DNA from: an uncultured Arcobacteraceae bacterium
GTDB lineage: Bacteria > Campylobacterota > Campylobacteria > Campylobacterales > Arcobacteraceae
Assembly: GCA_964022095.1 (NCBI GenBank)
Contig: CAXHZO010000002.1
Span: 160,001-224,000 of the forward strand
DNA: 64,000 nucleotides
Direction of reading: 5' to 3'
The notes beneath the pieces are model-generated. The model ran no database searches. It was given only the letters and a program-made list of their open reading frames with translations, and was not told where the DNA came from. Below are positions 56,777 to 64,000 of the stretch, in pieces (the first letter of the stretch is position 1; the number at the start of each line of letters is the position of its first letter). The translations under genes and the position numbers were made by a program.

Positions 56777-57705
56777 TTATTTTTATCTCTTTTTTGATCT
56801 AGCCATACCATTACACCTTTTTGCGCGTGTAATCTATTTTCTGCTTCTTCAAAAACAAGACTTTGTTCACTTTCAAATACTTCTTCAGACACTTCGTAAC
56901 CTCTATAAGCTGGTAAACAATGTAGGAAAATGGCATTTGATTGTGCTAGTTTCATAGCTTCAGAGTCTACAATATATCCATCAAACTCTTTAACTCTTTT
57001 TTCTTTCTCTTCTTCTTGACCCATTGATACCCAAGTATCAGTAGTCACAACCGTTGATCCTTTGATTGCTTCTTTTGGATCATTCCCAATTATGATTTTA
57101 GCATCACTTTCTTTTGCCATTTCTTGTGCAGTAGCTAAAATCTGTGCATCTACTTCATAACCTTTTGGTGTTGCAATTCTTAGCTCAAAACCTAATTTCG
57201 CTGCCATATTTAGCCAAGAGTGTGCCATGTTATTTCCATCACCAACATATGCTACAACTAAGTTTTTATCTAAACCTGCTTCTTGTATAGTCATATAATC
57301 TGCCATTAATTGAACTGGATGATATTCGTTTGTAAGACCATTTATAACTGGAACTTTTGAGTATTTTGCAAATTCTTCTAATTTTGATTGCTCAAATGTT
57401 CTAATCATTACCATATCTACCATTCTTGATATTACTCTTGATGTATCACTCATAGGTTCACCTCGTCCTAATTGGATATCGTTAGAAGATAAGAAAAGTC
57501 CTATTCCACCAAGTTGGTAAATACCAGTTTCAAAAGATACTCTAGTTCTTGTACTACTTTTTTCAAAAATCATACCTAATGTTTGATTAGGCATATAATT
57601 TTTAAAGTTTCTTTGTTTTGTTTCGTCTTTGATCTTTTTTGCTAGCTCTAGGATTTCTAAAATCTCTTCTTTAGAGTAGTTGGCTAATGTTAAGAAATGT
57701 CTCAT
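56773..57705 (-). CDS. argF: Ornithine carbamoyltransferase
   Basis: [30 protein letters not shown]. Confidence 0.96.
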   Translation of the reverse strand: MRHFLTLANYSKEEILEILELAKKIKDETKQRNFKNYMPNQTLGMIFEKSSTRTRVSFETGIYQLGGIGLFLSSNDIQLGRGEPMSDTSRVISRMVDMVMIRTFEQSKLEEFAKYSKVPVINGLTNEYHPVQLMADYMTIQEAGLDKNLVVAYVGDGNNMAHSWLNMAAKLGFELRIATPKGYEVDAQILATAQEMAKESDAKIIIGNDPKEAIKGSTVVTTDTWVSMGQEEEKEKRVKEFDGYIVDSEAMKLAQSNAIFLHCLPAYRGYEVSEEVFESEQSLVFEEAENRLHAQKGVMVWLDQKRDKNK

Positions 57706-57876
57706 TATATTTCCTCAATAAATTTATAAAAAACAAATATTCTATATAATTAAACTTTGAAAAAACTTAAAAATACTTAAAAATGTCTATTTTATGACAC
57801 TTTTGTGACAAAAACACTTATTTCGTGTTAAGAGGAACTAGCTTAAAATAACGAAAAAAAATTGAAGGATTTATTA

Positions 57877-59994
57877 ATGATTGATGAGATTCTAAAGCGT
57901 GATGGTACAAAACAGAAATTTGAGTCATTTAAGATAGAAGATGCAATTAAAAAAGCATTTAAAAGTGTAAATATAAGGTATGACATATCTATATTTTTTA
58001 ATGTTTTATTTGAAGTAAAGCAAAAAAGACTAGCTGCAGTTGAAGATATTCAGGATATTATTGAAAAAGAGTTATATAAAGGAAGATATTTTGAGGCAAT
58101 GAAATCCTTTATGCTTTATAGACATTTTCATAAAATACAAAGAGAACAGGTTTTACAAATAGTTACTGATACAACGTATATAAATTCAACTCAAACAATT
58201 GATGAGTATATAAATGGAACAGACTGGAGAATAAAAGCAAATTCAAATACTGGATATTCCCATGCTGGGCTTATCAATAATAGTGCAGGAAAAGTAATAG
58301 CAAATTATTGGCTTGATAAAGTATATTCAAAAGAAGAGGGTTATGCCCATAGAAATGCTGATTATCACATACATGATTTAGATTGTTTAAGTGGATATTG
58401 CGCTGGTTGGAGTTTAAGAGTATTATTAGATGAAGGTTTTAATGGTGTGAGGGGTAGAGTTGAGAGTAATCCTGCTAATCATTTTAGAGAAGCGCTTGGT
58501 CAAATGGCAAATTTTTTAGGGATATTGCAAAGTGAATGGGCTGGTGCTCAAGCTTTTAGTAGTTTTGATACTTATTTGGCACCTTATGTTTTTAAAGATA
58601 AACTAAAATATCCTGAAGTAAAAAAAGCAATAAGAAGTTTTATATATAATTTAAATGTTCCTGCAAGATGGGGACAAAGTCCTTTTACAAATATTACTAT
58701 TGATTGGACTGTTCCAAGTGATTTAAAAGATCAAATACCTACAAGAAATCAAAAACATCTATTAAAAGACTTTTACGATGAAGAGTTAATGGAAGTAGTT
58801 AGAAAAAAAGGTTTTGACTCTTTTGAGCAGCTTACTTATAAAGACTTTCAAAAACAAATGAATTTAATAAACAAAGCCTATTATGAAGTAATGACTCAAG
58901 GAGATAAAACTGGTCAGCCTTTTACTTTTCCTATTCCTACAGTTAATATTACAGAAGATTTTGATTGGTATGGAGAAAATACAGATTTACTTTTTGAAAA
59001 TACTGCAAAAATAGGTAGCTCATATTTTCAAAATTTTATTGGAAGTCAATATATAAAAGATAAAAACGGAGATTTATTGCCAAATGAAAATGCATATAAA
59101 CCAGGTCATGTACGTAGTATGTGTTGTAGATTGCAACTTGACTTAAGAGAATTACTTAAGCGAGGTGGTGGACTTTTTGGAAGTGCAGAATTAACTGGAA
59201 GTATTGGTGTAGTTACGATTAATATGGCTAGGCTTGGATATCTACATTGTGGAGATAAAAAAGCTTTGTTTAAACGTCTAGAAGAGCTTATGAATTTAGC
59301 TAAATCAACTTTGGAAAAAAAAAGAGTTTTTATTCAAACACTTTTTGACAGGGGATTATTCCCTTACAGTAAAAGATACTTAAAAGGCTTTAATAATCAT
59401 TTCTCAACAATTGGGGTAAATGGAATAAATGAGATGATTGAAAATTTTTATGGAAAGAATATAGATATTTCTTCTAATCAAGGTTCTAAGTTTAGCTTGG
59501 AAATCTTAGATTTTATGAGAGAAAAAATGCTTACATATCAAGAGCAAACAGGAAACTTGTACAATCTTGAAGCAACTCCTGCTGAAGGAACAACTTACAG
59601 ATTTGCAAAAGAAGATAAGAAAAGATATCGAGATATTATTCAAGGAGGAAGTGAAAAAAATATTTATTATACAAACTCTTCTCAACTACCAGTTGATTAT
59701 ACAGATGATCCATTTGAAGCTTTAAGTTTACAAGATGAATTACAATGTAAATATACAGGTGGTACAGTATTGCACTTATATATGAGAGAGAGAATAACTT
59801 CAATAGAAGCTTGTAGAAAATTTGTAAAAAATAGTATTAGTAATTTTAGATTACCATATATTACTATTACACCAGTTTTTTCTATTTGTGAAATACATGG
59901 ATACATTAATGGTGAATATGAATATTGTCCTAAGTGTGATGAAGAAATTTTAAAACAGGAGAAAAATAATTATGACAAAACAAGAACTGCTTGA
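57877..59994 (+). CDS. nrdD: Class III ribonucleotide reductase large chain, lacking the glycyl-radical tail
   Basis: ATP cone (KRDG), HIHDLD, YCAGW, RSMCCRL, EATPAEG, C-terminal CEIH..CPKC; no RxxGY motif. Confidence 0.92.
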   Translation: MIDEILKRDGTKQKFESFKIEDAIKKAFKSVNIRYDISIFFNVLFEVKQKRLAAVEDIQDIIEKELYKGRYFEAMKSFMLYRHFHKIQREQVLQIVTDTTYINSTQTIDEYINGTDWRIKANSNTGYSHAGLINNSAGKVIANYWLDKVYSKEEGYAHRNADYHIHDLDCLSGYCAGWSLRVLLDEGFNGVRGRVESNPANHFREALGQMANFLGILQSEWAGAQAFSSFDTYLAPYVFKDKLKYPEVKKAIRSFIYNLNVPARWGQSPFTNITIDWTVPSDLKDQIPTRNQKHLLKDFYDEELMEVVRKKGFDSFEQLTYKDFQKQMNLINKAYYEVMTQGDKTGQPFTFPIPTVNITEDFDWYGENTDLLFENTAKIGSSYFQNFIGSQYIKDKNGDLLPNENAYKPGHVRSMCCRLQLDLRELLKRGGGLFGSAELTGSIGVVTINMARLGYLHCGDKKALFKRLEELMNLAKSTLEKKRVFIQTLFDRGLFPYSKRYLKGFNNHFSTIGVNGINEMIENFYGKNIDISSNQGSKFSLEILDFMREKMLTYQEQTGNLYNLEATPAEGTTYRFAKEDKKRYRDIIQGGSEKNIYYTNSSQLPVDYTDDPFEALSLQDELQCKYTGGTVLHLYMRERITSIEACRKFVKNSISNFRLPYITITPVFSICEIHGYINGEYEYCPKCDEEILKQEKNNYDKTRTA

Positions 59995-60145
59995 GAAAAA
60001 TGCTGAGAAAAGATCAAAATGTATTGTCTATACAAGAGTTATGGGGTATCACAGACCAGTTGAGAGTTTTAATATAGGAAAAAAAAGTGAACATATTCAA
60101 AGAAAAAAATTCAATGAATCAAAAGATTGTACACTCTTTAACTAG
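59972..60145 (+). CDS. Stand-alone NrdD glycyl-radical domain, 57 aa (not in ORF track)
   Basis: MTKQELLEKNAEKRSKCIVYTRVMGYHRPVESFNIGKKSEHIQRKKFNESKDCTLFN; own AGGAG RBS at 59957. Confidence 0.9.
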   Translation: MTKQELLEKNAEKRSKCIVYTRVMGYHRPVESFNIGKKSEHIQRKKFNESKDCTLFN

Positions 60146-60791
60146 ATGTACAACAACAGACTATGAAGATCATTTATCTTGTATAGTTTGGTTTATTAGT
60201 TGTAATTTAAGATGTGTGTACTGTTATAATGATAGCTTAGTTTATTCAAAAAATGGTAATTTCTCATTAAATGATATTTTAGCTTTTTTAGAAAAAAGAG
60301 TAGGTTTATTAGATGCTGTTGTACTAAGTGGTGGTGAATCTACAGTCCATGATTTAATTAGATTTTGTAAAAAAATTAAAGAAATGGGTTTTAAAATAAA
60401 ACTTGATACAAATGGCTTAAATCTAAATCAAATAAAACAGCTAGTAAAGAATAATTTAGTAGATTTTATTGCTTTAGATTTTAAATCAAATAAAAAGAAA
60501 TTTTATTCAATAACTAAAACATATAGTTACAATAGATGGCTTGATACATTAAAGTATTTAGTAGGTGTTAAATTTGATTTTGAAGTTAGAACTACAATAA
60601 ATACTAAGTTGTTAAATGAAATGGATATAAATGAAATGATTGATGTGTTATATAAAAATAACTACAAAAAGAAATACTACATCCAAAATTTTATTCAAAC
60701 CTCATCAAATATTGGAAACATAAAATATAATGATTATATAGATATTTTTAAATTAGATTCAAGCAAAGTATCCTTAGAGTTTAGAAATTAA
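60114..60791 (+). CDS. nrdG: Anaerobic RNR activating enzyme (radical SAM)
   Basis: CNLRCVYCYN, VLSGGE, KLDTNG, EVRTT. Confidence 0.9.
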   Translation: MNQKIVHSLTRCTTTDYEDHLSCIVWFISCNLRCVYCYNDSLVYSKNGNFSLNDILAFLEKRVGLLDAVVLSGGESTVHDLIRFCKKIKEMGFKIKLDTNGLNLNQIKQLVKNNLVDFIALDFKSNKKKFYSITKTYSYNRWLDTLKYLVGVKFDFEVRTTINTKLLNEMDINEMIDVLYKNNYKKKYYIQNFIQTSSNIGNIKYNDYIDIFKLDSSKVSLEFRN

Positions 60792-61442
60792 GTAACCTTG
60801 CGAAGATATATTTTGAATTAAATCTCTTGAAGTTTTAACTCTAAGTCTTTTAATAAATGTTCTAAGTCTTTCATCATTTACTTCTTCATTCCATAGGCTT
60901 TGTTTTATTACTTTTGTAGGCACTATTTTTTTATCATCTTTCATTAAAAGGTAAATGAACTCTTTTTCTCTTTTTGTAAGAGTTATTAGTACATCATTTT
61001 TATATAGTGACCTAGAGTTATTGACATATACAAATCCATCTTTAAGGTGTATAGTTTTTTTCTTTTCAAGTTTATTGGCAAGTTGTTCTAAGAATTCTAT
61101 TACTTCATCTGGATCAAATGGTTTTATAAAGTATTTTGTAATCCCTAGGTCAATAGCTTTTAAAAGTTTTTCTTTGTCAGAATGTGCACTTAAAATTATG
61201 ATAGGTATTTCACTATTTATCTCTTTTATTTTCTGAGTCATTTCTAAACCATTGCAATTTGGCATCATAATATCAGTTATTATAATATCTGGTTTTACAC
61301 TTTTGATTTTTTTGAATCCTTCATTCCCATCTTTTGCAGTAGTTACTGAAAAAAATAAATTATTGACAGCTTCTTTTAACAGTTTCGAAAGTTTTTGTTC
61401 ATCTTCAACAATTAGTAGTCTTAAGTTTTTTAGATTTTTCAT
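60774..61442 (-). CDS. OmpR-family response regulator
   Basis: IVEDE, ITDIMMP, YFIKP, RLRTFIKRLR. Confidence 0.9.
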   Translation of the reverse strand: MKNLKNLRLLIVEDEQKLSKLLKEAVNNLFFSVTTAKDGNEGFKKIKSVKPDIIITDIMMPNCNGLEMTQKIKEINSEIPIIILSAHSDKEKLLKAIDLGITKYFIKPFDPDEVIEFLEQLANKLEKKKTIHLKDGFVYVNNSRSLYKNDVLITLTKREKEFIYLLMKDDKKIVPTKVIKQSLWNEEVNDERLRTFIKRLRVKTSRDLIQNISSQGYLISKL

Positions 61443-61452
61443 ATATTAACTC

Positions 61453-62535
61453 CTAAATTGGAATAGATATAGTAAATAATGAACCTTGTGTAGTTTTTTG
61501 GTAGTTTAAGTTTCCATCTAAACTTTTTTCTATGATCATTTTAGACATAAATAAACCAAGTCCCGTTCCTTGAGAACTATGTTTAGTTGTAAAGTATGGT
61601 TCAAATATTTTTTCAACTATATCTTCATCAATTCCTTGTGCATTATCTTGTATTTGCAATAATACATATTTCTTATCATCAATTATACTCTGATTTAGTG
61701 TGATTTTTATCTCTTTTTGAACTATATCTTTATAAATAAAGGCATCTTTTGCATTTTGTATTAGATTTATTAAAACTTGTGAAAGTTCATTTGATATACC
61801 TAAAACCTCATAGTCTTTTGGTACTTCTATTTTAATATTGATATTCTCTTTTTCAATTGCTTTTTTTAATATTAATAAAGCTTCATTTATTGCATCTTTA
61901 ATTTTAAAAGGTCTTCTCTGTTTTTGTGGATTAAAGAAATTTGAAAAATCATCAATTGTTTTTGACATATTTGCAATAATAAACTTACTATCTTCATACA
62001 ATTGTTTTGCATTTTTTTCATCATTTTTTAAATGAGCTTTTTTCATATTAAATAAAGTTAATGATAGTTCAGTTAATGGTTGTCTCCATTGATGGGCAAT
62101 ATTTCCAATCATTTGACCTAAACTTGCCATTCTTGACTGCCAAACTAATATTTTTTGTTTTTCTTCTAAACTCTTTTTTAACTCAACTTCAGAAGTTACA
62201 TCATATCTAATAGCTATAAACTCTTTGATATTTCCACTATCATCTAAAATTGGGGTAATTGTAGTGTTTAAATAGACTGTTTTTCTATCTTTTGTTAGAT
62301 TTTTTACTGTAGTTTTAAAAGGTTTTTTATCTAAGATAGTTTCCCATAATTCCTCAAAGTTAGAAGAGGGTACTTCTGGATGTCTAACGATGTTATGGTT
62401 TTTACCAATTAACTCATCATAAGAGTATCCAGAGATTTTACAAAACTCATCATTTACAAAAGTGATAATCCCATTAATATCAGTTTTTGATACTATATTT
62501 GAATTTTCGATTGCTTTTTGATAAGGATTACTCAT
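61453..62535 (-). CDS. Cytoplasmic PAS histidine kinase
   Basis: VSKTD..GIITFVND.F..ISGY..ELIGKNHNIVRHP PAS; IAHQWRQPL; no TM. Confidence 0.9.
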   Translation of the reverse strand: MSNPYQKAIENSNIVSKTDINGIITFVNDEFCKISGYSYDELIGKNHNIVRHPEVPSSNFEELWETILDKKPFKTTVKNLTKDRKTVYLNTTITPILDDSGNIKEFIAIRYDVTSEVELKKSLEEKQKILVWQSRMASLGQMIGNIAHQWRQPLTELSLTLFNMKKAHLKNDEKNAKQLYEDSKFIIANMSKTIDDFSNFFNPQKQRRPFKIKDAINEALLILKKAIEKENINIKIEVPKDYEVLGISNELSQVLINLIQNAKDAFIYKDIVQKEIKITLNQSIIDDKKYVLLQIQDNAQGIDEDIVEKIFEPYFTTKHSSQGTGLGLFMSKMIIEKSLDGNLNYQKTTQGSLFTISIPI

Positions 62536-62630
62536 TTGTTTACTTTCTTAAAATATGAAACATGTTATATAATTTACCATTATTATTTACTTAAATCATA
62601 TATATTAAGTATCAAGCAATTTAAGACTAT

Positions 62631-62678
62631 ATTGTTTAATTAAACTTAAGAAAAATTGTTTAATTAAACTTAAGAAAA
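62631..62678. repeat. Exact 24-bp tandem duplication
   Basis: ATTGTTTAATTAAACTTAAGAAAA x2. Confidence 0.9.
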
Positions 62679-62748
62679 GTAGAAGAAAGAATCTTAATTA
62701 AAAAATAATTATCTGTAGTTTTCATCTCAGCCTTATTATTCTATTTTT

Positions 62749-63402
62749 TTATTTTCTTGGTAACATTTGATCTAAAATACTATCATAAACAAAATTTGAG
62801 TTTTCTTCTACTTTCATAAATGAAGTATTGATTTTTTGCTTTTGTTCACTTGTTAATGGAACTATTGCTAATAGTTTTCCTGGATAATTTAAATCTTCTC
62901 TTTGATAAAACATCTCTTTAAACTTTTGAATCCTTACTTTAATATTACCAAAACTAGGATCAGCTAAGTATACATAGTGTTCATTTTTTCTAATCTTTAC
63001 ATATAAGATTACAGGAGCTTTTAATTTAGAAAGAGATTCAAAATCAAGAGCTAGCCCTATTGATTTAAAGCCTTTTTGATTTGAATAATTAGCAAGGTCT
63101 AAAAAAGACAAACTAAAGTCTTCTTCCTCAAGCTCTTCTAATTTTTTTTTATTTATACCTTTAGCTTCTAAAATTGAATTTAAAATATCTTTTTCTCCAA
63201 TATCTAAATTATAATAGTACTTTAAAATTGTTGAAAGTGATGCACTTCCACAACTATAATCATATTTTTGTCTGGTAAGATTCTTGTTTTTTATTTCTAT
63301 CCAAGAGTTAATAGGTTTTTCTACAATAAAATCTTCTTGTACAATATGTACTTTTGCGAATAAAAAACTAGTTAATGAAAATATTATTAATAGTATTTTC
63401 AT
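62749..63402 (-). CDS. C39 family peptidase (FapD-like) with probable internal in-frame deletion
   Basis: Signal peptide, RQKYDYSCGSASL, ADPSFGN. His-Asp spacing is compressed. Confidence 0.8.
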   Translation of the reverse strand: MKILLIIFSLTSFLFAKVHIVQEDFIVEKPINSWIEIKNKNLTRQKYDYSCGSASLSTILKYYYNLDIGEKDILNSILEAKGINKKKLEELEEEDFSLSFLDLANYSNQKGFKSIGLALDFESLSKLKAPVILYVKIRKNEHYVYLADPSFGNIKVRIQKFKEMFYQREDLNYPGKLLAIVPLTSEQKQKINTSFMKVEENSNFVYDSILDQMLPRK

Positions 63403-63403
63403 T

Positions 63404-64000
63404 TTAAAACTTATATGATAAAGATAGGTTTATATTATTAGAAGAATATTCATTAGTATCTTTTTTACTTGTACTAAAATTTAATAAATTTTTTGAATTT
63501 AATTCATAGTTTACTCCAAAGTGATAAGATACTCAAGATTGGTTATTTGATACAACTTTATTATTGATTTTATCTTTTGTTTTATATTCATAAGATATCC
63601 CCCAACTTAAAGAAGTATAAGGGTTAACTACAAATACTATACTAGGACTTAAGCTAAATATATTACCATTTTGTATACTTTGGTTTTCAAATTCTTTTTT
63701 TAAACTAAATCTATATTTTGCATTAAGTAAAAATACAATTGGATCTACTGTATAGTAACTAGTGGCAAATAAAGAGTAGGTTTTAATGAAAAAGTAACCC
63801 TTTCTAATAAATCTACACTTCCTCCAATTAAAAGAGATGGAGTATCATCTTCTTTTTTTACTTTATAAACTAAACCTAAGTTTAGATTATTAAATCCTTG
63901 ATTATTCTCATTATTAAATGATGTATCTGTTGTTCTTATAGTATTTGTGTAAAAATTAGTATTTGTAAATAGTTCTAAATCTTTATTTAGACCATATTTT
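63404..64000 (-). pseudogene. Outer-membrane beta-barrel (FapF-like) pseudogene, 5' end outside window
   Basis: KYGLNKDLELF..PSLLIGG in one frame, shifting near 63785 to YYTVDPIVFLL..VNPYTSLSWG; in-frame TGA at 63535-63533; ends LSYKF 1 nt before the C39 ATG. Confidence 0.75.

Noticed and set aside
57812-57830. NrdR box upstream of nrdD
   Set aside because: ACAC-N7-GTGT spacing and core do not fit the 16-bp consensus; single copy.
1159-62035. Numerous 60-150 aa antisense or alternate-frame ORFs in the track (e.g. 6654-6992, 19561-19974, 40131-40424, 44743-45192)
   Set aside because: They overlap well-supported genes, lack RBSs and motifs, and have shadow-frame composition.
62631-62678. CRISPR repeat
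   Set aside because: Two abutting copies, no spacer, no cas genes.
63533-63535. In-frame TGA as selenocysteine
   Set aside because: Non-catalytic barrel context, no evident SECIS, and an independent frameshift in the same gene.

Overview
Very AT-rich chromosomal segment. Gene content and promoter style (TGnTATAAT extended -10, many OmpR-type two-component systems and TonB receptors) suggest Campylobacterota, probably Arcobacteraceae; this is inference. Left to right: hemH (partial); a Tat-exported molybdoenzyme cluster (iorAB-like, xdhC, mocA) with a divergent AraC; a DEAD-box helicase; a multi-PAS kinase; and a ~29 kb iron/metal-uptake region (tonB-exbB-exbD, TolC-MacAB, ABC-NnrS-TonB-receptor operon with a Crp/Fnr regulator, tandem ankyrins, two PepSY proteins, a two-component system, four TonB-dependent receptors, fur, and an unannotated hemP) with at least eight Fur-box-like sites. 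Then come csp, hup, rsmH-ftsL-RND, a diguanylate cyclase with an ASCH-like N-terminus, a B12 glutamate-mutase operon with an adenylating enzyme, hemN, argF, a split class III ribonucleotide reductase, a PAS two-component system and a decaying C39-peptidase/outer-membrane-barrel cassette. No rRNA, tRNA, CRISPR array or intact mobile element was seen. Best leads: (1) hemP with paired TAGCCAGC repeats in two receptor leaders; (2) glutamate mutase plus adenylation enzyme; (3) ASCH-GGDEF fusion; (4) IS1595-derived protein lacking its catalytic core; (5) apparent ATC start codon of the helicase. All family calls come from motif recognition, not database searches.
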